NCBI GenBank assembly: GCA_965248535.1
Contig: CBDFJR010000002.1
Coordinates: forward strand, 512,001 to 576,000
Length of the DNA: 64,000 nucleotides
From: Phormidesmis sp.
GTDB taxonomy: Bacteria; Cyanobacteriota; Cyanobacteriia; Leptolyngbyales; Leptolyngbyaceae
Direction of reading: 5' to 3'
A program made the position numbers and the translations under genes. Positions 9,453-18,658 of this stretch are shown here, one piece after another. The notes under the pieces were generated by a model. The model worked only from the letters and a program-made list of their open reading frames with translations, made no database searches and was not told where the DNA came from. Within the stretch, counting starts at the first letter, position 1, and each line of letters begins with the position of its first letter.

Positions 9453-10981
9453 GCGGCTTAGTGTTTGAAACGGCACCGCCGATCGTGGCGAGTGCCCCCA
9501 ACCGATCGGATATCGCCTGCTTTATTGGCTTTGTGAGCAGGCGCAAAACGGCGTTGCCGTCTCAGCTAGAACGCTGGCTGCAAGAACAAGGCTGGAACTC
9601 GCCAGGAATCGGAGATCTACTCGATTTGCCTGTGCCGATCGAGGCATGGAATCAGTTTGATAACTTGTTCGCTTGGGATCAGCGACCTTTAGATCAGCCT
9701 AATCAAATCGGCAGCACTTATTTAGGCGCAGCGGTGCGATCGTTCTTTGCCCAAGGCGGGCGCAAATGCTATGTGATTAGAGTCGGTGATCCCTGGCGCT
9801 TGACGGCTCCAAAATCAGAGCGGTTGGAGCAGATTAAAAAGCTGATTCCCGGCTATCCAACGGGTTTTGAGGGTTCCGCCGTCGATCGGGCAAGCTGGCA
9901 CGGAGTCGGCCATCTGTTTGGCTTATCCGATGTATCGTTCCTGTGTTTTCCCGATCTAGCTGATGCCGTGGCAATGGATCGGCAGCGAATCGATCCGCCG
10001 AAATTGCCTGCTCCACCCCTAGAACAGTTTGTAGAATGCTCACAGCCAGTCCCTCAAATTGCCGATCGCTCGTCCCGATTATTTCAAGCTCCTCGCTGTG
10101 ATGAAGACGGCTATAAGGCTTGGACAACGGCTCTACAGCTTGTCGCAGATCTGCTAATTCGTCAACAGCGAGAGGTGCAGTTAGTTGCCTCGGTGCCGTT
10201 GCCGGAGCGCGATCGTGATTTACTCGCCTTCTTCACGCAGCCCACACCGGGATTTGAGCCGCCGCTAGCGATCGCCGTTCCTAATCAAGGATTGGCGAGT
10301 GCGTTTGTGCAGCTTGCTTACCCGTGGGTGCAAACGCCCGGATCGGCAAATTTGCCAGAGCAGTTAGAAAGCCCCGATGCGGTGTTAGCAGGCGTTCTAG
10401 CTCGAAACGCCTTGACTCGCGGCAGTTTTCGCAGTGCGGCTAATTTGCATCTCGCCGATGTGCAGCAGGTTTATCCGATTCTCACCCGCGATCGCCTCCT
10501 GCATTCTCAGCCCGACAGCGCGACGCGATTGACGCAGCACACTTTGCCCCAGCGCATTTCTATTTTTGGCACGACTCCGATCGGGCTGCGCTTGCTCTCC
10601 GATGTCACCACGAGTTTGGATGAGAGTTATCGTCCGGCTAGCGTTAATCGCTTGGTGGCGGCGATCGTGCGGGCCGCTAGGCGATTGGGCGAAGAGGTCG
10701 TGTTTGAAGCATCGGGGGAGCGTCTGTGGATGCGTCTGCGCGATAGCCTTACCACGCTGATGAGTGGCTTGCTTAAAGCCGGAGCGCTGCAAGATGCGGG
10801 GGCAACGGCCTTTGCGGTGCGCTGCGATCGCGACACCATGACCCAGCAAGATCTCGATCAAGGTCGCGTCATTGCTCATATAGAATTTGTGGCCGCCGCC
10901 CCGATCGACCAAATCACGATCGTGCTTGCCCTCAACACAGGCGGACAGGTGGCGCTGATTCCTGCTCAGGAGGCTGCATGA
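9449..10981 (+). CDS. Second, divergent tail sheath protein
   Basis: DIACFIG, AVRSFFAQGGRKCY, LAYPWV, VVFE and FAVRCDRDTMTQQDLDQGR, which parallels the first sheath C-terminus. Confidence 0.88.
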   Translation: MSGLVFETAPPIVASAPNRSDIACFIGFVSRRKTALPSQLERWLQEQGWNSPGIGDLLDLPVPIEAWNQFDNLFAWDQRPLDQPNQIGSTYLGAAVRSFFAQGGRKCYVIRVGDPWRLTAPKSERLEQIKKLIPGYPTGFEGSAVDRASWHGVGHLFGLSDVSFLCFPDLADAVAMDRQRIDPPKLPAPPLEQFVECSQPVPQIADRSSRLFQAPRCDEDGYKAWTTALQLVADLLIRQQREVQLVASVPLPERDRDLLAFFTQPTPGFEPPLAIAVPNQGLASAFVQLAYPWVQTPGSANLPEQLESPDAVLAGVLARNALTRGSFRSAANLHLADVQQVYPILTRDRLLHSQPDSATRLTQHTLPQRISIFGTTPIGLRLLSDVTTSLDESYRPASVNRLVAAIVRAARRLGEEVVFEASGERLWMRLRDSLTTLMSGLLKAGALQDAGATAFAVRCDRDTMTQQDLDQGRVIAHIEFVAAAPIDQITIVLALNTGGQVALIPAQEAA

Positions 10982-11463
10982 GCAATTCAGCCTATCCGCT
11001 ACAGGTGTTTCGCTTTCAGGTCACGTTTCAAAAAGATCCGTTGCCCAACAGTGGCGATACGGCTCCGGTGCAGATGAGCGCGGCGTTTTCAGAATGCACG
11101 GGGCTAGAAGCGACGATGGAACCGAAAGTAATCAAAGAAGGCGGACGCAACTATGGCGCAGCACAGCGTGCGGGACAGGTGACCTTTGCGACGGTGATTT
11201 TAAAGCGTGGCATGACCCGCGATCGTGACTTATGGAACTGGTTTACCCTGGTGACTCAGGGAGCCTATGCCCATCGCCGCACGGCCACAATCACGATGTT
11301 TGACACGAGCGGCGCGGGCGTTTTGTCGTGGCAGTTAGAGAAGGCGATGCCCGTCAAGTTTAAAGCCGCCGACCTGAATGCCAAAGGCACCGAGATCGGC
11401 GTTGAAGAACTGCATTTTGTCCATGAAGGATTAAGTTTGATCAGAGGAGAAGGAACGCTATGA
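10978..11463 (+). CDS. Second tail tube protein (gp19-like)
   Basis: FRFQVTF, AFSECTGLE, IKEGGRN, VILKRG and PVKFKAADLNA..EIGVEELHF motifs. Confidence 0.93.
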   Translation: MSNSAYPLQVFRFQVTFQKDPLPNSGDTAPVQMSAAFSECTGLEATMEPKVIKEGGRNYGAAQRAGQVTFATVILKRGMTRDRDLWNWFTLVTQGAYAHRRTATITMFDTSGAGVLSWQLEKAMPVKFKAADLNAKGTEIGVEELHFVHEGLSLIRGEGTL

Positions 11464-12467
11464 GTGAACCTGTGACTCGCGCTACCTTCACGCCGCAAAC
11501 GGGAAGTAAAACGCCAATCGAAGTGCATTTTAACCCGGTTTCGCTTCAGATTTCGATTAGTAATTCTCTAGAAGATAAAGGCAAAGGGAAAGACAAAAAA
11601 CAATACATTTCTAAAACGGCGGCAACGCTGGCGATGGATTTAATTTTCGACACAACTCACAAGGGCAGTGACGTGCGGATAGAAACTCAAAAGATCGCCC
11701 GATTTATGGAGCCAGGAAAAGAACCCGGCGATCAAAAAATTCCGACGATCGTGCTGTTTGAGTGGGGCACGTTTAAGTTTCAAGGCTTGATCCAATCCTA
11801 TCGAGAGACGATCGATTTCTTTTCGTCAGATGGGGTGCCGCTGCGGGCCAGCATTAGCCTCACGATGTCGCGTCAAGAAGAAGTGTTTGAGCCGAGTCCC
11901 CAGCCGCCTCGTGATTCCTCAGTTCAGGTGTCGGCGGGCATTAGCGCTAGTGCTGCCGCTTCCCTAGGGGGAGCACCCGATGCAGGACGGGCGATCGCGT
12001 CGGCAAATGCCCAAGACAGCCTGCGGTTTTCGAGCGGTGCCTTTACGTTGGATGCTTCGATTACGCTGAGTCCTGCGATCGCGTTTGCGACAGGCGGCGC
12101 TGGCATTGGCGGCGGCATTGGCATCGGTGGCGGCATTGGTGTTAGCGGAGATATTGGAATTAGTGGCGGAGTCGGGATTAGCGGCGGGGTTGGCATTAGT
12201 ACCGGAGCCGGAATCAGCATTGGCGGAAGTGCTTCCGCAGGAATCTCTGCCAGTGAAGGAGCCTTTGCAGGATTGCGTCTCTCTAGTGATGTGCGTCCTG
12301 TTGCACAAATTGATACTAATCGATTCATTCAATCGAGTGAATCTGTAGGTTTTGCCACTAGTCGTAATGCTAGTTTTCAAGTCGGTGGACAGGCAGAAAT
12401 TGAAGGGTCTGCCAGCTTAAGCACCAACGTCCGATCGCGCTCCACGATTCAGTTTGAGGAGGATTAA
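11460..12467 (+). CDS. CIS tube initiator (Afp7-like) with Gly-rich C-terminal repeats
   Basis: VHFNP..L, L.FDT, VLFEWG.F.F.G and F.SDGVPLRA motifs. No LysM domain is evident; G(I/V)SGG(I/V) repeats follow. Confidence 0.85.
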   Translation: MSEPVTRATFTPQTGSKTPIEVHFNPVSLQISISNSLEDKGKGKDKKQYISKTAATLAMDLIFDTTHKGSDVRIETQKIARFMEPGKEPGDQKIPTIVLFEWGTFKFQGLIQSYRETIDFFSSDGVPLRASISLTMSRQEEVFEPSPQPPRDSSVQVSAGISASAAASLGGAPDAGRAIASANAQDSLRFSSGAFTLDASITLSPAIAFATGGAGIGGGIGIGGGIGVSGDIGISGGVGISGGVGISTGAGISIGGSASAGISASEGAFAGLRLSSDVRPVAQIDTNRFIQSSESVGFATSRNASFQVGGQAEIEGSASLSTNVRSRSTIQFEED

Positions 12468-12469
12468 TT

Positions 12470-12631
12470 ATGCCCGTTGTCTTTGATCAAGTGATTGGCG
12501 AAGTCGTTCCCCCAGAGCCGTCTCGCCAAGATGAGCCAGAAAATTCTCCCTCAGTTGCACCTAGCGATCGTAGGCTGCAAACCACCTTAAGGCAATTAGA
12601 AAAACGCCGTGCGAGATTAAAAGCCGATTAG
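12470..12631 (+). CDS. 53-aa protein between tube initiator and hub (possible plug/Afp6-like)
   Basis: Manual translation MPVVFDQVIGEVVPPEPSRQDEPENSPSVAPSDRRLQTTLRQLEKRRARLKAD; preceded by gaggagg; below the ORF-track size cutoff. Confidence 0.7.
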   Translation: MPVVFDQVIGEVVPPEPSRQDEPENSPSVAPSDRRLQTTLRQLEKRRARLKAD

Positions 12632-12668
12632 TTTCAAGTCTCTAGACATTTTGCCCTCTTTTTTAGCC

Positions 12669-13760
12669 ATGCCCGAAACTAAACTCAGTCCCCTTACCGT
12701 CTATAGCGCCCAGCCCACCGTGCGGATCAATGCTCAAGAATATCCCAAAGTGAGCGAATCGATTTTGGCGATGGAAATGGTCGAGCAAGACGGCGGGATG
12801 TCAGCCCTAGAACTTCGACTTAGCAATGTGGTTAGCGATCCCAATGGCGGGGCAAATTTGGCGTTTGAAGACAACCAAATCTTAAAGTTAGGAGCCACGA
12901 TCGCGCTCTATGCCGGGGATGCAACCGCTCCGCAAGAAATCTTTCAGGGGGCGATCACCGGGTTAGAAATCGACTTTCCAGAGAGCGGCCCACCCGACCT
13001 CACGATTTTGGCTGAAGACGTTTTTCAACGGGCGCGGATGGCGCGGCAGAGCAAAGTTCACACCGATGTCTCGATCGCCGATCTAGCCCGACAGCTTGCT
13101 AGTCAACTCAGCCTGACTCCGGTGATTACGGGGCTGACTCAACCGATCGGCACTCAAGTGCAACTCAACGAAAGTGATTTAGCCTTTTTGCGGCGATTGC
13201 TCGATCGCTACGATGGCGATCTGCAAGTGGTCGGCAAAGAGCTACACGTTTCGCCAAACGCTGAGGTGCGGCGCGGCAAACTAGAACTGGCGATCGATAG
13301 CCAATTACGGCGAGCAAAAGTTTTGGTTGATCTGGCGCACCAAGTCACCGAAGTCACCGTCAGCGGCTGGAATCCGGCTCAGGGCAGGCGGGTTAGCGCT
13401 AGGAGTCAAGGCGCACATCTGCGATCGGGCGCTGGTACTCGCGGTTCGCAAATTTTGCAGAAAACCTTAGGCGATCGCTCTCACCATTTATCTCACTTGG
13501 CAGTCACCACCGATGCCGAAGCGCGGGCGGTTGCCGATGCTGCGTTTGACGATCGGGCCCGGCAGTTTGTCTGTGTTGAGGGCACGGCTGACGGCAATCC
13601 GGCGCTGCGAGTCGGGACGCATTTAACCCTCAAAGGATTGGGCGATCGCTTCAGCAATACCTACTATGTGACTCGTGCTTGTCATCGCTTTAGCCTGGGC
13701 GCAGAGGGTGGCTATGTCACCGATTTTGAAGCCGAATCTGCCTTTTGGGGAGGGAACTAA
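12669..13760 (+). CDS. Baseplate hub, phage late control D / VgrG gp27-like half
   Basis: IFQGAITGLE, Q.NESDLAFLRRL, VTVSGW, GNPALRVG, GLG.RFS..YYV...HRF motifs. ATG 12669 preferred over 12651. Confidence 0.9.
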   Translation: MPETKLSPLTVYSAQPTVRINAQEYPKVSESILAMEMVEQDGGMSALELRLSNVVSDPNGGANLAFEDNQILKLGATIALYAGDATAPQEIFQGAITGLEIDFPESGPPDLTILAEDVFQRARMARQSKVHTDVSIADLARQLASQLSLTPVITGLTQPIGTQVQLNESDLAFLRRLLDRYDGDLQVVGKELHVSPNAEVRRGKLELAIDSQLRRAKVLVDLAHQVTEVTVSGWNPAQGRRVSARSQGAHLRSGAGTRGSQILQKTLGDRSHHLSHLAVTTDAEARAVADAAFDDRARQFVCVEGTADGNPALRVGTHLTLKGLGDRFSNTYYVTRACHRFSLGAEGGYVTDFEAESAFWGGN

Positions 13761-14449
13761 TGCAGCCGATCTTTGAGCATCCAACGACAGCATTACACGG
13801 CAGCTATCTAGGAGAAGTAGTGTCGGTGAACGATCCTGACCATCTCTCTAGGGTGCAGGTGCGGCTGTTTAACTTCGATGGCGCAGGGCAACAAGATGCG
13901 CCGATTTGGGCAAGAGTGGCGGTGCCAGTGGCAGGAGCGAATTCTGGAGCGTTTCTGCTGCCCGATGTGGGAGACGAAGTGCTGATCACGTTTGTGAATG
14001 GGGATGCGCGGCTGCCCATGGTGATCGGGTCGCTGTGGAATGGCAACGCACCCGCACCTGAAACCCTAGGCGGAAGTGGTGAAACCGTCGATCGCTGGAC
14101 TCTAGTGGGAAAAGCCCAAACGCGGATCGCGATCGTCGAAGAATCTCCGGGCAATGCCACCATTTCTCTCACGACTCCGGGCGGGGTCAGCGGCATCCTC
14201 ACCCAAACCGCCGGAGGAAAAATCGAGTTTGAAGCCGCAGGCACGACAGTCACAGTAGACACCAGTGGGGTCACGGTGCAGAGTGCCGGACGGGTCAGCG
14301 TCAGCGCTAGCCAAGTCGAAGTCACGGCGGGACAGGTGACGGTGAACGCGGCGATTTCGACCTTTTCGGGGGTCGTCAAATGTGACACTCTGATTGCCAC
14401 CACCGTGGTCTCGACCACCTACACACCCGGAGCCGGAAATATATGGTAG
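13760..14449 (+). CDS. Spike, baseplate assembly protein V / VgrG gp5-like half
   Basis: VNDPDHLSRVQV, WARVA.P.AG..GAFLLPDVGDEVL..F.NGD..P.VIGSLWNG OB-fold followed by beta-helix repeats; TAATG coupling to the hub gene. Confidence 0.92.
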   Translation: MQPIFEHPTTALHGSYLGEVVSVNDPDHLSRVQVRLFNFDGAGQQDAPIWARVAVPVAGANSGAFLLPDVGDEVLITFVNGDARLPMVIGSLWNGNAPAPETLGGSGETVDRWTLVGKAQTRIAIVEESPGNATISLTTPGGVSGILTQTAGGKIEFEAAGTTVTVDTSGVTVQSAGRVSVSASQVEVTAGQVTVNAAISTFSGVVKCDTLIATTVVSTTYTPGAGNIW

Positions 14450-16005
14450 ACCCTGCTGTGATTCTGCAAGCGGTGGGCGTGAGTCAGGTTGCCGACCAGC
14501 CCAATTTGCCTAAATCCTACGATCTGCGACCCACGATTCTTAAACGAACGGAGCAAGATTTTATTGGCTCTGTTTTAGATGAATTGCGGAGTGGAAAAGG
14601 AATTCAAGCGTTAACGGGAGTGATTGATTCTCATCAGTCTGGTGATACCTTAACGTTTCTTCAGCCAGTGCATCGCACGTTCTATCTCGTGATTTTAGAA
14701 ATTGCTTGTGATCCGTTTAATCAGCCCTATTTGCAGCCGCGTCTTGATCCTCGCAAAATCGAGAGTGCGGGGCTAGTGGTGCGTCGAGTCGCTGCCAATG
14801 GCAAACTCGAAGGCTGGCGCAAACAGGGGCACTCAGTGCGGGGCTGGATTCCCTTTGACACTGAGAATGCTGAGAAGCTTGATCCTGATCCCGATCGCCG
14901 CCCCCCGATCGCGTCGGGATTGCCAGACCTCGATCGCTTGTTGGCTCCCCATGCGCCGCTTTCTGAAAGTGTTGCGCCGCTCTATGTGGCTCCGCCCGAT
15001 GTCTGTCAGGCGGTGGGACGCACGATTTTGTATGGCGTGATTCCGGTGACTAGCTCAGAGTTTAGCGAAGCGCCCCCCGTCACGCCCACGCCGGAGGATG
15101 CTGACACGTTAAATCAGCTAAATGCCGCTATTAAAGATATGCTGCCGATTTATCTGCGATCGGGCGGCGATCGGCGAGAACCCCAAGGGGGTAGGGTGTT
15201 GACGGCTGATCTGGCGGATGATCTGAGCTTGCGCGGCTTTTTAGCGACGCTGCACCAGCTAAGATTTCAGTTTCGGCTGTTTGATGCTGATCTGGCGAGT
15301 GTTGCTTTATTCAACGCATTCAATCAAGCGATCGTGGCCCCTGACACGCCCAATGCTCAACCGTTGGGCGATCTGTTGTCTTTAGCGAGTCGCATTCTCA
15401 TCGATCGAGAAGCCGGATTAGAGGTGACGCTGCCTCAAAATTGGCCGACCTTGAGCGATTCCCAAAATCAGACTCTTTTAGATTTGTCGCGGGCGGCGTT
15501 GATGAGTCATTTATCGGCTTTGACGGCGGGTGAAAGTCGATTTGAGGCGTTAGAGTCCCGTTATCAAGTGCGGGCGTTTGTGCGGCTCAAATCTATTGAT
15601 GCTTGTGTTCATTCTCCGTTGTGGAGTGACTATAGTGCTGAGTTTACGATCGCGCCCTGGTATGAATCTGGCAGTCAGCCTCCAGTGAAAGTGGTGTTGC
15701 CTGACATTCTGAATCCTAAAGCGTTGGCAAGTCTTAAACCTAGCGTTGCTTTTTCGGTTCCACCTAAATTATTTAACTTTCTCAACAAGAACGATATCGC
15801 CAAATCTGTTTTGTCTGGGGATGTTAAAGATGGTGATGATGGCGGCATTGCCTGGATTTGTTCGTTTAATATCCCGATCATTACACTTTGTGCTTACTTA
15901 GTGCTGAATATTTTCTTACAACTCTTCAATATTATCTTTTGGTGGATTTTGATCGTAAAGATTTGTCTTCCTGTTCCTAAAAAGCTATTTCCCAAGCCGA
16001 AGTAG
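14443..16005 (+). CDS. Unknown spike-adjacent protein with long C-terminal hydrophobic segment
   Basis: 520-aa ORF overlapping the spike stop; ends GIAWICSFNIPIITLCAYLVLNIFLQLFNIIFWWILIVKICLPVPKKLFPKPK. Confidence 0.8.
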   Translation: MVDPAVILQAVGVSQVADQPNLPKSYDLRPTILKRTEQDFIGSVLDELRSGKGIQALTGVIDSHQSGDTLTFLQPVHRTFYLVILEIACDPFNQPYLQPRLDPRKIESAGLVVRRVAANGKLEGWRKQGHSVRGWIPFDTENAEKLDPDPDRRPPIASGLPDLDRLLAPHAPLSESVAPLYVAPPDVCQAVGRTILYGVIPVTSSEFSEAPPVTPTPEDADTLNQLNAAIKDMLPIYLRSGGDRREPQGGRVLTADLADDLSLRGFLATLHQLRFQFRLFDADLASVALFNAFNQAIVAPDTPNAQPLGDLLSLASRILIDREAGLEVTLPQNWPTLSDSQNQTLLDLSRAALMSHLSALTAGESRFEALESRYQVRAFVRLKSIDACVHSPLWSDYSAEFTIAPWYESGSQPPVKVVLPDILNPKALASLKPSVAFSVPPKLFNFLNKNDIAKSVLSGDVKDGDDGGIAWICSFNIPIITLCAYLVLNIFLQLFNIIFWWILIVKICLPVPKKLFPKPK

Positions 16006-16077
16006 TGTTGTAGAGATCGATTTCTGAGTGTTCTTTTTTTAGTATCGCGACCTGAAATCTCAATCTAACGTGTCCTC

Positions 16078-16467
16078 ATGCCTCCTAACCCTCCCCCGAT
16101 CGGATTCCCTCTCCTCACTGTCCCCGATGCTAACGGACAGATTAACTTCCCTAGTCTCGAAGCCAGCGTTCGGCAAGCGATTCAGGTGATTTTGCAAACT
16201 CGACCGGGCGAACAGTTGAGACACCCTGACTTTGGGGCCGGACTGCAAACCTTTTTGCAAGAATCCAACACGCTGGTGACTCGTCGCCGCTTGCACGATC
16301 GCATTACCGATTCTCTAACGCGCTGGGAACCCCGGATTCTCATCGATCGCGTCGAAGTCGAAACGGTGCCCGATCAGCCGACGCATCTACGCATCGAAAT
16401 TTGGTATCGTCTGCGGCGCACGGGCGTAGCGCAACATCTCGGTTTAACTATGCAACTGGAGGTTTAA
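16078..16467 (+). CDS. GPW/gp25 sheath-initiator baseplate protein
   Basis: SVRQAIQVILQTRPGEQLRHPDFGAGL and RWEPRI motifs. Confidence 0.93.
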   Translation: MPPNPPPIGFPLLTVPDANGQINFPSLEASVRQAIQVILQTRPGEQLRHPDFGAGLQTFLQESNTLVTRRRLHDRITDSLTRWEPRILIDRVEVETVPDQPTHLRIEIWYRLRRTGVAQHLGLTMQLEV

Positions 16468-16468
16468 T

Positions 16469-18658
16469 ATGCCGATTCGCCCTCCAAATTTAGACGATCG
16501 CAGCTTTGATGATTTAGTCAACGAAGCGCTGGCGCGCATTCCTGCCCACACGCCCGAATGGACGCACGATCGGGTCGGCGACCCAGGACGCACGATCGTC
16601 GAGTTGTTTGCGTGGCTCACCGATACGCTGCTTTATCGCGCCAACTTGATCCCTGAACGGCAGCGATTGGCATTTTTGCGGCTGCTGGGTGTGCCGATGC
16701 GTCCGGCGCTGCCTGCTCAAGGCCTCGTCACCATCTCTGACGATCCCCAAGCGACCCAAGCCCTGATGCTGCAACCGTTGGCGACCGTTAAAGGAACCGT
16801 CAATTTTGAGACTCGTGCTGAAATGACGGTGTTTCCGGTCACGGCTGAACTTTATTACAAACGTCCGTTAGTTCCCACCGAAGCTGCAAAACTGGCCAAC
16901 ATTGTTCAAGGACTTCAGCAGGTTTATCAACTTCAAACTCCGGCGATTCCCTATGTGACCACGCCGATTTTTGCCGCCGCCAAACCTGAATCTCAAGGCT
17001 TTGATCTCGTTAAACAAACCATTGATCAGTGTGTTTGGATCGCCATTCTCGCGACGGAACCAAAATTTGTAGATGCAGCAAGACGGTCCCTCGGTCATAG
17101 TGCCGTGGGGCAACCTTTGCTGAATGTGGGCGTGATGCCCGCGACCGCCATCCCCGATTTATTTGAAGACATCGGCACTCGTGCCCGCATTCCTCACGTT
17201 TGGGAGATTAGCACTGGGCAAGAAATCGCCAATGTACCGCAATATCTAAGCCTGAATGTGATTGCCGATTCCACTGCGGGGCTGACGCGGCGCGGCGTTG
17301 TCAGGCTGGCGATGCCGTCACCGAATTATATCGGGGCACCGACCAACAATGTTCGAGATCGCCTCAACGCCGGAACGGGCGATCGTCCACCGCGCATTGA
17401 TGCGCCCGAAGTGGCGGCGCGACTGGTGACCTGGCTGCGGTTGCGTCCGAGTCGTCGCGATTTACAAACCCTGTCCCTAAGCTGGATGGGCATCAACGTA
17501 GTTGAGATTGACCAACGACAAACCCTGGCGGGGCGGGTGATTGGCGAAAGTGACGGCAGCGCTGACCAAGAATTTCAGCTACCCGGACAATCGATCGAGC
17601 CAACCACGCTGCAAATCCAAGTCGAGGAGGCGGGACGCGGCTATCAGCTTTGGCACCCGATCGACGATCTCGCCCTCGCCGGACAAAACGCTAGCGTCTA
17701 TCGGTTAGATAGCGAAGCGGGCACAATCCGCTTGGGCAACGGCATTCAAGGACAGATTCCTGAAGCCGGACGGCGAATTCGAGTGGCGTTGATGCGATCG
17801 GGCGGGGGAATCGCCGGAAATTTGCCAGCCGGATCGCTCAACAGCATTACGGCCACCGATTTGCAGGGCAATCTCGTCACCAAACTCAAGGTTCAGCAGC
17901 CGTTGCCGATGCAGGGCGGGGTTGAAAGTGAGACCCTAGCCGAAGCCGAAATTCGCATTCCGGGACTGTTTCGCCATCGCGATCGGGCGGTGACAGCCGA
18001 TGATTATCAGCGATTGGCGGCCGAGACTCCGGGGGTGCGGCTGGGTCGTGTCGAAGTGTTGCCAAAATTTAAACCGCAGCAGCGACGATTTGATATTCCG
18101 GGTGTGGTTTCAGTGATGGTGTTACCGTTCCAAGAGTCATTAGAGTTACCAAATCCGCGAGTGGATCGACCGCTATTAGAATCTGTACAGGCTTATTTAG
18201 ATTCTCGCCGTCCTTTAGCCACAGAACTCTATGTGATCGGCTGTGAATACATTCCCATTGGCATTAGCGTGGGCATTCAGATTCAAAACGGGTTTGGACA
18301 AGATGGTGTTTTATTAGCCGTGCGGAAGGCTCTGCAACGATTTCTGTTTCCGATCGCGCCCGGTGGCATTGATGAAAAAGGCTGGAGCCTAGGCAGAACG
18401 GTGAAAGCCAGAGAATTAGACGTGGTGGTAGCCAGAGTTCCGGGTGTCTTAGCCGTGTTGAATATTCGTCTGTTTCAGCAAATCGGCGCGACTGCTCGGT
18501 GGCAGTCGGTGTCTGAGGTCAGCCTCACCCCTTGGCAACTGCCCGAACTGCTGGCGATCGTGGTAGTTGCTGACGAAGATGCCCCCGACACGCTTGACCC
18601 GATTTCCTTTGGCGCTCAGTCAGGCGTTGCGGTTCCTGTCGTCCCGGAGGTGTGCTAA
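16469..18658 (+). CDS. Baseplate J-like wedge protein (Afp11-like)
   Basis: PNLDDRSFDDLV, PEWT...GDPGRT.VELFAWL, GESDG..DQ.F, GGG..GN and DRAVT..DY..LA motifs. Confidence 0.93.
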   Translation: MPIRPPNLDDRSFDDLVNEALARIPAHTPEWTHDRVGDPGRTIVELFAWLTDTLLYRANLIPERQRLAFLRLLGVPMRPALPAQGLVTISDDPQATQALMLQPLATVKGTVNFETRAEMTVFPVTAELYYKRPLVPTEAAKLANIVQGLQQVYQLQTPAIPYVTTPIFAAAKPESQGFDLVKQTIDQCVWIAILATEPKFVDAARRSLGHSAVGQPLLNVGVMPATAIPDLFEDIGTRARIPHVWEISTGQEIANVPQYLSLNVIADSTAGLTRRGVVRLAMPSPNYIGAPTNNVRDRLNAGTGDRPPRIDAPEVAARLVTWLRLRPSRRDLQTLSLSWMGINVVEIDQRQTLAGRVIGESDGSADQEFQLPGQSIEPTTLQIQVEEAGRGYQLWHPIDDLALAGQNASVYRLDSEAGTIRLGNGIQGQIPEAGRRIRVALMRSGGGIAGNLPAGSLNSITATDLQGNLVTKLKVQQPLPMQGGVESETLAEAEIRIPGLFRHRDRAVTADDYQRLAAETPGVRLGRVEVLPKFKPQQRRFDIPGVVSVMVLPFQESLELPNPRVDRPLLESVQAYLDSRRPLATELYVIGCEYIPIGISVGIQIQNGFGQDGVLLAVRKALQRFLFPIAPGGIDEKGWSLGRTVKARELDVVVARVPGVLAVLNIRLFQQIGATARWQSVSEVSLTPWQLPELLAIVVVADEDAPDTLDPISFGAQSGVAVPVVPEVC

